A stretch of 64,000 bases of DNA from Candidatus Poriferihabitaceae bacterium (lineage in GTDB: Bacteria > Pseudomonadota > Gammaproteobacteria > Arenicellales > Poriferihabitantaceae), in assembly GCA_965204165.1 (NCBI GenBank), contig OZ241969.1, forward strand, positions 498,910 through 562,909, read 5' to 3'. This document shows, piece by piece, positions 19,212 to 28,671 of the stretch (the first letter of the stretch is position 1; each line of letters opens with the position of its first letter). Below the pieces are notes generated by a model that was not told the origin of the DNA, did not search any database, and worked only from the letters and a program-made list of their open reading frames with translations. Made by a program: the position numbers and the translations under genes.

Positions 19212-21572
19212 ATGAACAGTTCCGAAGAAACAAGACGCGAATCCGGGAGGTCCGAGGAGCGGATGGCTGCGCTGAGCGCGGCCATCCTGCGCATCAACGC
19301 GAGTCTGGATCTCGCCACCGTTCTGCAGGAGGTCGTCGACAGCGCCTGCGCGCTCACCGGCGCGCGCCACGGTGTCATCGCCACCGCCGACGAGGCGGGC
19401 GAGATGCGCGAACTTGTCGCCTCCGGCTTCACCGACGAGGAGCACCGGCAGTTGGCGAAGTGGTCCGAAGATGCGCGATTCTTCGAGCACTTCCGGGACT
19501 TTTCGGGGCCGGTGAGTCTCGACGACCTGCCGCCCGAAATCCTCGCGGACGGCAGCCCGGAGCACCCGATGCCGGCCAGGACCTTCCAGGTCACCCCGGT
19601 GCGCCACGGGGGCGAGCACATGGGCAGCTTCTTCCTCGCCGGCAAGGAGGGCGCCCCGGAATTCACCGGGGAGGACGAAGAGGCGCTCGTGCTCTTCGCC
19701 TCCCAGGCCGCCACCGCGATCGCAAACGCACGCGCGCGCCGCGACGAACAGCGCGCCCGGGCGGACCTCGAGGCCCTGGTCGAGACTTCGCCGGTCGGCG
19801 TCGTCGTGTTCGACGCGCGGACCGCACGGACGATGTCGATCAACCGGGAGGCGCGGCGCATCGTCGAGGGACTGAACACCGCGAGCCGCGCTTCGGGAAA
19901 TCTGCTCGAGGTGTTGACCTGCCGCTTCGCGGACGGCAGCGAGGTCGCGTTCCCGGAAATCCCCCTGATCCGCGCACTCGGCAACGCCACCACGATGCGC
20001 GCCGAGGAAATCGTGCTTTCGGTGCCGAACGGGCCCAGCGTCAGGACCCTCATCAACGTGACGCCGATCCGTTCCGACGACGAGGAGGTCGTCTCGGTGG
20101 TCGTCACCCTGCAGGACCTGGCGCCGCTTGAGGAACTGGAACGGCAGCGGGTGGAATTCCTGAGCATGGTGAGTCACGAACTGCGCGCCCCCCTGACCTC
20201 CATCAAGGGCTCGTCCGCCGCGGTGCTGGGTGCCGCGCCCGCGTTGCCGCGGGCCGAGATGCTGCAGTTCTTCCGCGTCATCGACGGCCAGGCCGACCAC
20301 ATGCTGGGCCTGATCGGCAACCTGCTCGACGCCGGCCGCATCGAGGCGGGCACGCTGTCGGTGGAACCGGAATCCTCGGAGGTGGCCGCCCTCGTGGACC
20401 GGGCGAGAAACACCTTCCTGAGCGGCGGCGCCAGGCATGCCGTTCGCATCGAGCTGCCGCCCGCTCTCCCCCGGGTGATGGCGGACCGGGAACGCATTGT
20501 CCAGGTGCTGAACAACCTGCTGTCCAACGCCGCCCGGCACTCCCCGGAATCCACCCCGATCCGCGTGGAGGCGACGCACGAGGGGGTGCATGTCGAGGTC
20601 TCGGTCTGCGACTGGGGCCGGGGCATGCCGCCGGAGATGCTGGCGCAGCTCTTTCGCAAGCATGTCGCCCTTGACGGCGCCAACGCCGGGGGCGGGATCG
20701 GGACAACGGGCCTGGGGCTGGCCATATGCAAGGGGCTGGTGGAGGCCCACGGGGGCCGCATCCGCGCCGAGAGCGCGGGGCTCGGCAAGGGCGCGCGGTT
20801 CGCATTCACGCTGCCGGTGGCCGATGCCGAGGAAGTCCGGCCCCTTCCCCAGCAGCCCCCGGGCCGCCCGGACCTGCCCGGCGACTCACGGGAGAAGCCG
20901 CGCATCCTGATCGTGGATGACGACCCGAAGATGCTGCGCTACGCGCGTGATTCCCTCACTCATGCCGGCTATACCGCGCTGGTGACCGGTGACCCGGAGG
21001 AGATTTCCGATCTGATCAACACGGAAAAACCCCGGCTGGTGCTGCTTGATCTCATGCTGCCGGGGGCTGACGGCATCGAGCTGATGGCGCAGATTCCGGA
21101 ACTCTCCGACCTGCCCGTCATCATCATCTCCGGTTACGGCCACGACGAGACGCTTGCGCGCGCCTTCGACAGCGGCGCGGCGGATTACATCGTCAAGCCC
21201 TTCTCGCCGACCGAGCTCACCGCAAGGGTCGGGGCGGCGCTGCGCAGCCGGGTGAGCCCGGAGCCATTCGTGCTCGGCAGGCTCGCCATCGATTACGAGC
21301 GGCGTCGGGTGACGGTGGGTGCGCGGGCGGTGACCCTCACCGCCACCGAGTACGAACTGCTGCGCATCCTCTCGGTCAACGCCGGGCGGGTGGTGACCTC
21401 CGGGTCGCTGCTGCGCCGGTTCTGGAGCACGCGGAGTCCCGACGATACCGAGCCCGTGCGCACCTTCGTGAAGAAACTCCGGGCCAAGCTCGGCGACGAC
21501 GCGGGCTCTCCCACCTATATCTTCAACGAGCGCGGCGTCGGCTACCGCATGGCAAGACCGGGGGAGCAATGA
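19212..21572 (+). CDS. hybrid sensor kinase / OmpR-type response regulator (GAF-PAS-HisKA-HATPase-REC-wHTH), no TM segment
   Basis: Start moved to ATG 19212 (GGAAGAGG SD). It has the H-box SHELRAPLTSIKG, N-box NLLSNAARH, G-boxes DWGRGM and GLGLAICKG, REC residues (IVDDD, LLDLMLPG, VKPF), and a C-terminal trans_reg_C domain (TEYELLRIL...GVGYRMA). Confidence 0.85.
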   Translation: MNSSEETRRESGRSEERMAALSAAILRINASLDLATVLQEVVDSACALTGARHGVIATADEAGEMRELVASGFTDEEHRQLAKWSEDARFFEHFRDFSGPVSLDDLPPEILADGSPEHPMPARTFQVTPVRHGGEHMGSFFLAGKEGAPEFTGEDEEALVLFASQAATAIANARARRDEQRARADLEALVETSPVGVVVFDARTARTMSINREARRIVEGLNTASRASGNLLEVLTCRFADGSEVAFPEIPLIRALGNATTMRAEEIVLSVPNGPSVRTLINVTPIRSDDEEVVSVVVTLQDLAPLEELERQRVEFLSMVSHELRAPLTSIKGSSAAVLGAAPALPRAEMLQFFRVIDGQADHMLGLIGNLLDAGRIEAGTLSVEPESSEVAALVDRARNTFLSGGARHAVRIELPPALPRVMADRERIVQVLNNLLSNAARHSPESTPIRVEATHEGVHVEVSVCDWGRGMPPEMLAQLFRKHVALDGANAGGGIGTTGLGLAICKGLVEAHGGRIRAESAGLGKGARFAFTLPVADAEEVRPLPQQPPGRPDLPGDSREKPRILIVDDDPKMLRYARDSLTHAGYTALVTGDPEEISDLINTEKPRLVLLDLMLPGADGIELMAQIPELSDLPVIIISGYGHDETLARAFDSGAADYIVKPFSPTELTARVGAALRSRVSPEPFVLGRLAIDYERRRVTVGARAVTLTATEYELLRILSVNAGRVVTSGSLLRRFWSTRSPDDTEPVRTFVKKLRAKLGDDAGSPTYIFNERGVGYRMARPGEQ

Positions 21573-21596
21573 CGGCCCCGCCTTCCCGCCCCGGGT

Positions 21597-22517
21597 CTAT
21601 TCCCTGCGGGGTCTCCCAATCCCGGAGCCCGGGTCCCGGCCGACCGCCATCATCCGCTCCCGCTCCTCCCTGAGACCCAGAAGCGAGTTGACCATCAGGG
21701 TGGTCACGACGATGGCGCCCCCGACCATGGAATGGGCCCCGGGATTCTCTCCCAGCGCCAGCCAGACCCAGACGGGTCCCAGCACGGTCTCCAGCAGCAT
21801 CATCAGGCCCACTTCCGGCGCCGGCAGGTATTTCGGTCCGAGGAACATCAGCGCATTGGCCACCGGCAGCATGATCATGCCCATGACGATGAGCCAGCCG
21901 AGGTCGGCGTTGGTGGTTTCCCCCGGAGCCACCAACGGGGCCAGGAACAGGGCGGTGAAAATGCCGCCAAGGCCGAGCGCGGGCATGATATCGCGGTTGC
22001 GGGCGGCCCGGATGAGGGAAAACTGGGTACCGAGAATGAAGGCGGCGCACAGTCCGACAATGTCCCCGAGCCAGGCCCCCTCGAGGCGGACGCTGCCCCG
22101 GGTGATCACCGAGATTCCCACCATCACCATGACGATGGCGAACCAGGTGCGCCGCGGGACGCGCTCGCGCAGGAACAGCCAGGCGATCACCGCGGCCCAG
22201 ATCGGCGTGGTGCTCAACATGAACAGGGTGTTCGCCACCGAGGTATGGGTGATGGAATAGATGAAGCAGGTATTGCCAAGCCCGAAACAGATCATGATGC
22301 CGTATTCCGCGGCGGAGAACCGGCCGAGGTGCGCGAACAGCCGGCCGCGATAGCGCAGGACGGCGAACAGCGAGATGACGATCCCGTACAGCAGGCAACG
22401 CCAGAACGTGATGGTCAGGGCTTCCGCATGGATCAGCCGTGTCAGCAGGCCGTCGGGGCTGAGGGCGAGAACCCCGAGCATCGTGATCAGATACCCCTTG
22501 GACCGGGTCGACAGCAT
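21597..22517 (-). CDS. DMT superfamily (EamA-like) transporter
   Basis: Start moved to ATG 22517 (MLSTRSKGYLITMLGVLALSPDG...). It shares one nt with the stop of the upstream YcaQ-like gene (TGATG). The protein is polytopic. Confidence 0.8.
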   Translation of the reverse strand: MLSTRSKGYLITMLGVLALSPDGLLTRLIHAEALTITFWRCLLYGIVISLFAVLRYRGRLFAHLGRFSAAEYGIMICFGLGNTCFIYSITHTSVANTLFMLSTTPIWAAVIAWLFLRERVPRRTWFAIVMVMVGISVITRGSVRLEGAWLGDIVGLCAAFILGTQFSLIRAARNRDIMPALGLGGIFTALFLAPLVAPGETTNADLGWLIVMGMIMLPVANALMFLGPKYLPAPEVGLMMLLETVLGPVWVWLALGENPGAHSMVGGAIVVTTLMVNSLLGLREERERMMAVGRDPGSGIGRPRRE

Positions 22518-23779
22518 CAGCAGCCAGGCAGGTGTTCTTTCACGGAGGCGGCCAGCGCCCGGGGAACCCGGCCGGTCAGGTCGACGCCCTGGCAGCCGTT
22601 GAAGGCGGCAAAATCCCGCAATGCCCTGGCGAACGCCGCGGCGAAGCGGTCCGTTGCCCGCAAGCCGGGTTCCGGCACCAGGCACCGCACCTCCAGCACT
22701 CCCAGATTCCGGTGGGCCTTCAGGTCCGTGCGCGCCACCAGCCTGCCGCGCCAGAGCACCGGCAGGACGAAGTACCCGTACACCCGTTTCCCTTCGGGGA
22801 CATAGCATTCCAGCTGGTAGTCGAAATCAAACAGTTCCCTGACTCGCCGGCGCTGTATCACCAGGTTGTCGAAGGGCGACAGCAGGCAGGCCTTCTCCCT
22901 TTGCAGGCGATGGTCCAGCAGGTCCAGGGAATCAGGCAACACCAGCCAGGACCCGCCCCTGACACTGACTTCGAGGAGCTCGCCGGACCCGACCATGGCG
23001 CGGACGACCCGGTTCACCGGATCCCGCATCCCCTGGCGCAAGTGGACGAAGTCGGTCACCCTGCCGAGACCGTTGGCCCTGAGGAACGAGGTCACGAGGT
23101 ACCGGGCGAATTCCTGGCTGCCGGGCGCGGAGGTGTCCGTTCCCTCGGGCAATACCCGCTCGGTCAGGTCGTAGACCTTGTTGAACCCCTCGCGGCGCAC
23201 GGACATGATGCGCCCCTCGATGAACAGTTGCTCGAGCGCATATTTCGCCGGTTTCCAGTCCCACATCTCGCGTTTTCCGGAGCCGGTGTCCTCGAAGTCC
23301 CGCGACATCAGCGGCCCTTCCTCGCGAATCCGCGCCAGCACCCGCCGCATCAGCTTCACATCCTTGGAATGCCAGCGTCCGCCGCCCCCGCGTTCCGCCA
23401 GCATGCGCGGCAGGGCGTACCGGTAGTCCTCCATCGGCAGGTAGGCGGCGGCATGGGACCAGTACTCGAAAACCTTCCCCCTCGCCACCAGCTGGTCCAG
23501 GTGTGCCTGCCGGTAGCGCGAATTGCGGTTCCAGAGGGTGTGGTGGTGTGCGCGTTCGATCACCGAGATCGTGTCGATCTGGACATAACCGAGATGACGT
23601 ATGACCCGGCGGGTTGCCTCCTCGGCCGAACCGCCGGCGGCGGAACGCGGCACACCCTGGCTGGCGAGGACCAGCTTGCGTGCCTCGTCGATGGAGAGCG
23701 ATGCGGGGACGACTCGGGCCAATGTCAATGCGGGAAGGGTACCGGGACCGGATTCTAACCTGCTATCGGTGTCCGGCAC
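22517..23779 (-). CDS. winged-helix DNA glycosylase-like protein (YcaQ/AlkZ family, DUF1006)
   Basis: 420 aa with a GTG start. GYVQIDTISVIERAHHHTLWNR, FEYWSHAA and YGYFVLP are as I remember for YcaQ/AlkZ-type interstrand-crosslink glycosylases. Confidence 0.7.
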   Translation of the reverse strand: MPDTDSRLESGPGTLPALTLARVVPASLSIDEARKLVLASQGVPRSAAGGSAEEATRRVIRHLGYVQIDTISVIERAHHHTLWNRNSRYRQAHLDQLVARGKVFEYWSHAAAYLPMEDYRYALPRMLAERGGGGRWHSKDVKLMRRVLARIREEGPLMSRDFEDTGSGKREMWDWKPAKYALEQLFIEGRIMSVRREGFNKVYDLTERVLPEGTDTSAPGSQEFARYLVTSFLRANGLGRVTDFVHLRQGMRDPVNRVVRAMVGSGELLEVSVRGGSWLVLPDSLDLLDHRLQREKACLLSPFDNLVIQRRRVRELFDFDYQLECYVPEGKRVYGYFVLPVLWRGRLVARTDLKAHRNLGVLEVRCLVPEPGLRATDRFAAAFARALRDFAAFNGCQGVDLTGRVPRALAASVKEHLPGC

Positions 23780-23832
23780 CCGGTCACCGGGCGCCTGCCG
23801 CCGGCAGGGCCGGGCACCGGAGTCCGGTTCCT

Positions 23833-24753
23833 CTATGCGCTCCCGGGACCGGACTTTCCCTGCTTTTTCGCTGCCTTCTTCGCAGCCCTGGCCGCACGCT
23901 CCTCGGCCACCTCGTGCAGTTCACCTTCGATCATTTCCGGCGTCTCCAGGGTGATCCTCCCCAGATGGCCCGCACGAAAGTCGTTGAGCAGGATTCTGGC
24001 GGCCCGGTCCATGTCCACCACGCCGCCCCGGCCGAGACAGCCGCGGCTCCGCCCCAGGGCCTCCAGGATCGCCTCCCCGCCGGCCGGCCCGGCATCCAGG
24101 GCATAACGGTCGGTCATGGGTCCCGGGTATTGGGCAACGAGGAACTCGGCAAGGTACACGGCGATCTCGACATGGGAGATCGCGGTTTCCCGGATCGCGC
24201 CGGTGACGGCGAGCCGGTAGCCGCTGTGCGCATTTTCCACGTTGGGCCAAAGGACCCCCGGCGTATCCAGCAGCACCACGCCATCGCCCACGGCAACCCG
24301 CTGCTGGCGTTTCGTGATCGCCGGCTCGTTGCCGGTTTTGGCCACCGAGCGCCCCGCCAGGATGTTGATCACGGTGGACTTGCCCACGTTGGGTATGCCG
24401 GCCACCATGGCCACAACCGGTTCAGGACGGCGCGGAAACCCGGCGCTGCACAGTCCGACGATGCGCTTTACCTCCGCGGGCCGGCGGGCGGATACGGCGA
24501 GGGATTTGCCCTGGTGCCCCTTGCGGTACCAGTCGGTCCAGATCTCCGTGCGCGCCGGATCCGCCAGGTCTGCCCGGGTCATCACCCGGATGACCGGCTT
24601 GTCGCGGCGCAGTTCCGCCAGCATCGGATTCGCGCTCGAAAACGGCAGCCTGGCATCCAGCAGCTCCACCACCACGTCCACGCCGGCAAGCGCGGTCCGC
24701 ATCTCTCGGGCCGCCTTGTGCATGTGTCCGGGATACCACTGTATCTTCACCAC
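23833..24753 (-). CDS. rbgA: ribosome biogenesis GTPase YlqF/RbgA
   Basis: MVKIQWYPGHMHKA N-terminus with circularly permuted GTPase motifs (DARLP..., GIPNVGKST, LLDTPG). GTG start. Confidence 0.85.
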   Translation of the reverse strand: MVKIQWYPGHMHKAAREMRTALAGVDVVVELLDARLPFSSANPMLAELRRDKPVIRVMTRADLADPARTEIWTDWYRKGHQGKSLAVSARRPAEVKRIVGLCSAGFPRRPEPVVAMVAGIPNVGKSTVINILAGRSVAKTGNEPAITKRQQRVAVGDGVVLLDTPGVLWPNVENAHSGYRLAVTGAIRETAISHVEIAVYLAEFLVAQYPGPMTDRYALDAGPAGGEAILEALGRSRGCLGRGGVVDMDRAARILLNDFRAGHLGRITLETPEMIEGELHEVAEERAARAAKKAAKKQGKSGPGSA

Positions 24754-24759
24754 GAACCC

Positions 24760-25812
24760 CTATTGCCGTTTCCTGCCGGGTCCGGACGCGGCCCGCCGGC
24801 CCCGGCCGCGGGACTCTCCGCCGCCGCGCCCCGACTCCGCAGGTCCGGTCGCCCTGGATTTTCCGGTCTTCCCGGCAGCGCTCCGCCGGGTCCCGCCGGC
24901 CCGGGCGCCGGGGCGCTTGCCGGGACTCCTGTCGGGTCGGGTTCCTGCCCTGCCCGCCGGCTGTCTGTCCGAAGCGCCCGGCCCGGCCAGGGTGATCTCC
25001 CTGTCCCCGATCACGATGAGACGCTCCCGGTAGAGCCCCCCCAGGGCTTTCTTGTAGTAGCCCTTGCTGACGCCGAATACCTCCAGGATGCGCTCGGGCG
25101 GCGCATGGTCCGTCAGGTCGGATCGGCCGCCGTGGGATTCGAGGTGGTCGATGATCTCACTGGCAAGACCCCGCCTTGTTTTCGCCCGCTCCGGGGTGAG
25201 AGCGAGGTCAATGCGCTGATCGTCGCTGCGGATCCGCTTGATGAACCCCTTGATGTTCATGCCGGGACTGAGCCGGCGCACCGCATCCCGGTGAAAGATC
25301 ATGCCGACGTGGGTATGCCCGATCACCGCCTTCCAGCCCAGGTCCGTCCGGGCTGCAATCAGCAGATCCACCGGTTGCCCCACCCGGAAACCCGGGCCCT
25401 CCTCCTGCAGCCGGCGTCCCAGGCGTGAACTTGCCGCCACCCGGTCCGTGTTCTTGTCCAGGTAGGCGGTCACCACGTAGGAGTTTCCCACCTCCATGCG
25501 CACGGCCTGCTCGGCGAAGGGCGCCAGGAGATCCTTAGGCAGTCCCCAGTCCAGGAAGGCGCCCACGTTATTGACCGCGACCACCCTGAGGAACGAACAC
25601 TGGCCAACCTGGATTTTCGGGGTGTGCGTGGTGGCAATGAGCCGGTCCTCGGAGTCGCGGTACACGAATACCGTCACGGACTCTCCGGGCGCCAGCCCCT
25701 CGGGAATCTCCTTCCCGGGCAACAGGATTTCCCTGCCGTCGCCCGCATCGAGATACATGCCGGGGCCGGACTGTCTGGTCGCCGTGAGGTTGTTGAGTCT
25801 GCCGATCTGCAC
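24760..25812 (-). CDS. S1-like RNA-binding domain protein (CvfB/YitL family) with Arg/Gly-rich C-terminal tail
   Basis: Start set to GTG 25812 (VQIGRLNNLTA...GMYLDAGDGREILLP), which is preceded by GGGGGG and matches the usual family N-terminus. ATG 25848 is the alternative. It has tandem S1-like repeats and a wHTH-like C-terminal part. Confidence 0.7.
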   Translation of the reverse strand: MQIGRLNNLTATRQSGPGMYLDAGDGREILLPGKEIPEGLAPGESVTVFVYRDSEDRLIATTHTPKIQVGQCSFLRVVAVNNVGAFLDWGLPKDLLAPFAEQAVRMEVGNSYVVTAYLDKNTDRVAASSRLGRRLQEEGPGFRVGQPVDLLIAARTDLGWKAVIGHTHVGMIFHRDAVRRLSPGMNIKGFIKRIRSDDQRIDLALTPERAKTRRGLASEIIDHLESHGGRSDLTDHAPPERILEVFGVSKGYYKKALGGLYRERLIVIGDREITLAGPGASDRQPAGRAGTRPDRSPGKRPGARAGGTRRSAAGKTGKSRATGPAESGRGGGESRGRGRRAASGPGRKRQ

Positions 25813-26104
25813 GGGACCCCCCTGATTGGATGCCCGAGTGTACTGCATTTGCCGGTGCCCGGGTCGGACAGGCCCAGGCCCCGCGGTTCCCCTTGTGGGA
25901 TTTACCTGCTTGTCCCACAATAGGCCAACGGTCCGTTTCGCGGCATTGGCCGGCCGTGTTCATTCCCGATCGGAGCCTGCGGAACCGACCGGCGCGCAAG
26001 CGCACCACAGCCACGACCCGGTAAATGGAAGTGGGACCGGTTTTCACCCTGTCCCGATTCCATCGGGACAGACCGGACAACGGCGTCACCCGGATACCCG
26101 CTCC

Positions 26105-26875
26105 ATGTGCATACTGTTCGTCGCGCTGAACCAGCACCCGCGCTACCCCCTGATCATCGCCGCCAACCGGGACGAGTACCACGCCCGTCCCAGCCTCTCC
26201 ATGCACTGGTGGGAGGACCGGCCCCGGATCTTCGCCGGCCGGGACTTGAGCGCCGGCGGCACCTGGCTTGGCATCAACCGCGACGGCGCATTCGCCGCGG
26301 TGACCAACTTCCGCACCGGGGAAGATCACCGCGCCGATGCCCGCAGCCGTGGAGAGCTGGCGGTCAGATACCTGGAATCGTCCGGAACCCCGGCGGAATT
26401 CCACGGGTTTCTCCGGCAACACCACCATGAATACAATCCGTTCAACCTGGTGTACGGCGACCGGGAGGGCCTGCATACCTGGGGATACGACAATCCCGGG
26501 GGGCGTGCCCTGGATTCCGGTTTCCACAGTGTAAGCAACGGCCCCATGGACACGATCTGGCCCAAGATGTCCCGCGGCGTGACCGGACTCGCCAGGCAGA
26601 TCCGGGATCACCCGGACATCGGTCCGGAATCCCTTCTGCCGCTGATGCTGGACACCACCCCCGCCCCTGACGGGGATTTGCCCGGCGGCGGGCCGGATCT
26701 CGAAAGGGAACGCCAGCTGTCTCCCATCTACATCCGGGGAGAGGAATACGGCACCCGCACCACCACGATACTCCTGTTCCGGGAAGACGGTATCGGCATC
26801 GCCGAATACGAACATGGACCCGAACGGCCGGCCACATCCGCCAACCGGTTCCACGTCCCGAAAACCGCCGCTTGA
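26105..26875 (+). CDS. NRDE family protein (TANGO2-like, DUF833)
   Basis: Start moved to ATG 26105. MCILFVALNQHPRYPLIIAANRDEY contains the N-terminal Cys2 and the NRDE motif. Confidence 0.75.
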   Translation: MCILFVALNQHPRYPLIIAANRDEYHARPSLSMHWWEDRPRIFAGRDLSAGGTWLGINRDGAFAAVTNFRTGEDHRADARSRGELAVRYLESSGTPAEFHGFLRQHHHEYNPFNLVYGDREGLHTWGYDNPGGRALDSGFHSVSNGPMDTIWPKMSRGVTGLARQIRDHPDIGPESLLPLMLDTTPAPDGDLPGGGPDLERERQLSPIYIRGEEYGTRTTTILLFREDGIGIAEYEHGPERPATSANRFHVPKTAA

Positions 26876-27047
26876 GCGGGTATGCCGGCGTCCCCGGCGG
26901 CGGATCACGGGACAGGCTTCCGGCGGCGGCGCCGTGGATCGGGTCTGTATTTCCGCACCGAACCGCGGAATCCGCCGGATCCGGCACAAATGCCGCGCAA
27001 GTCAAGTTAGAATCCCGCTGTCAGAAACCGTAAATCCGGCTGCCGCC

Positions 27048-27428
27048 ATGCCCTGGCCCGAAAACCAGACGAGCGTTCTCGACGAACCGCTCGCCGTCTG
27101 CTCCATCAGTCCCATGACGGGGTTCGTCCGCAACGGTTGCTGCGAAACCGGGCCCGAGGATATGGGTTCCCACACGGTCTGTGTCGAGGTGACCGCCGAG
27201 TTTCTCGAGTTCAGCAAGTCCCGGGGCAACGACCTGTCCACCCCGATACCGGCCTTTGAATTTCCCGGCCTCAAGCCAGGCGACCGCTGGTGCCTGTGCG
27301 CGGCGCGCTGGCAGGAAGCCCTGGAAGCCGGCGCCGCTCCGAAGGTGGTCATGCGGGCCACGCACCAGAGGGCACTGGAAATCATCGGGTTCGCAGACCT
27401 TTCCCGCCACGCCATCGACATTTCCTGA
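27048..27428 (+). CDS. DUF2237 family protein
   Basis: Start moved to ATG 27048. PMTGFVRNGCCETGPEDMGSHTVC and PGDRWCLCAARW fit DUF2237. Confidence 0.7.
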   Translation: MPWPENQTSVLDEPLAVCSISPMTGFVRNGCCETGPEDMGSHTVCVEVTAEFLEFSKSRGNDLSTPIPAFEFPGLKPGDRWCLCAARWQEALEAGAAPKVVMRATHQRALEIIGFADLSRHAIDIS

Positions 27429-28660
27429 TGTCCGGCAAAACCGCCGTTGTGATCGGCGCCGGTATTGTCGGGGTCAGTGTTGCCCTGTGGATACAGCGGC
27501 GCGGTCATCACGTCATCCTGCTTGACCGCGGCGAACCGGGCATGGGCACTTCCTACGGCAATGCCTGCATCATCGCGAATTACGGCTGCATCCCGATCAA
27601 CAGCCCTGCCCTGTTCACGGCGATTCCCTCGCTCCTGTGGTCCCGGGAAAGCCCTCTCAGGCTGGATCCGTTCCATGCGCTCCGCCATCCCGGCTGGATG
27701 CTGGACTTCCTCAGAAACTGCACCCCTGCCCGCGTGGACCGGATTGTCCGGGCCCTTGGGTCGCTGCTTTCACGTACCGGCGACGGTCTCGAACCGCTGG
27801 TGGGTGACGCCGGCGCGGAATCCCTGATACGCCGGGACGGCAGCATCTATGCCTACGCAACCCGCCGGGCTTATGAGGACGCCGTCCCGTCCAACCGCAG
27901 GCGTGCGGAGGAGGGAGCGGTCTTCGACACCATCGACGGCCGGGAACTGCGGGACCTGGAGCCGGCCATCGACATGGATTTCTACCGCGCGCTCAGGTTT
28001 ACGGATGCGCTGCAGGTCGCCAACCCGAAAACCCTCGTGGACCGGTACATGGAGCATTTCAGCGCCCGGGGAGGCGTCTTCCGGCGGGCTTGCGTCAGGG
28101 CGGTGGAACCGGGCCCGGGCGTGATCCTGGATGACGGGGAGCGGATTCCCGCGGACACGGTCGTGGTATCCGCGGGGGCGTACTCGAGGACCATCGCCGG
28201 CGCCGGAACGCGGCGGCTGCCGCTGGATGTCGAGCGTGGCTACCATGTCCAGTTCCCCGGCCGGCAGTCACTGCTCGGCAGGCCCGTCGCCTGGGCGGAG
28301 CGCGGCTTCTACGCCACCCCGACCACCGCGGGCCTGCGTTTCGCCGGCACGGTGGAACTCGCCTCGCTGGACAAGCCTCCGAGCCCCGCGCGCATCGAAT
28401 ACCTCACCCGCAACGCCAAGCGGATGTTCGGCCTGGAGGAAGACCCCGCGCAATCCTGGCTGGGGTTCAGGCCCACGTTTCCGGACGCCCTGCCCGTGAT
28501 CGGACCCAGCCCGGTTTCACCGGACATCCTGCTGGCGTTCGGCCACCACCATCTCGGCCTGACCTTGTCCGGCATCACCGGGATGCTGATTTCCGAAATC
28601 ATGGAGGGCCGCAGGCCCTCGCTGGACATCACCCCCTACTCGGCCAGACGGTTTTCCTGA
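27428..28660 (+). CDS. FAD-dependent oxidoreductase (D-amino-acid dehydrogenase/DAO family)
   Basis: Start ATG 27428 shares one nt with the DUF2237 stop (TGATG). VVIGAGIVGVSVALWIQRRGHHVILLDR is the GxGxxG/FAD fold, and the C-terminal GHHHLGLTLSG is typical of the DAO family. Confidence 0.8.
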   Translation: MSGKTAVVIGAGIVGVSVALWIQRRGHHVILLDRGEPGMGTSYGNACIIANYGCIPINSPALFTAIPSLLWSRESPLRLDPFHALRHPGWMLDFLRNCTPARVDRIVRALGSLLSRTGDGLEPLVGDAGAESLIRRDGSIYAYATRRAYEDAVPSNRRRAEEGAVFDTIDGRELRDLEPAIDMDFYRALRFTDALQVANPKTLVDRYMEHFSARGGVFRRACVRAVEPGPGVILDDGERIPADTVVVSAGAYSRTIAGAGTRRLPLDVERGYHVQFPGRQSLLGRPVAWAERGFYATPTTAGLRFAGTVELASLDKPPSPARIEYLTRNAKRMFGLEEDPAQSWLGFRPTFPDALPVIGPSPVSPDILLAFGHHHLGLTLSGITGMLISEIMEGRRPSLDITPYSARRFS

Positions 28661-28671
28661 GCGATTTCCGC

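Noticed and set aside
26049-26071. Perfect 10-bp hairpin CTGTCCCGAT-TCC-ATCGGGACAG 34 nt upstream of the NRDE start, plus an 8-bp hairpin (TTGTGGGA/TCCCACAA) near 25895-25922
   Set aside because: They could be 5'-UTR structures, but there is no terminator tail, no recognisable riboswitch motif and no second copy, so the evidence is insufficient.
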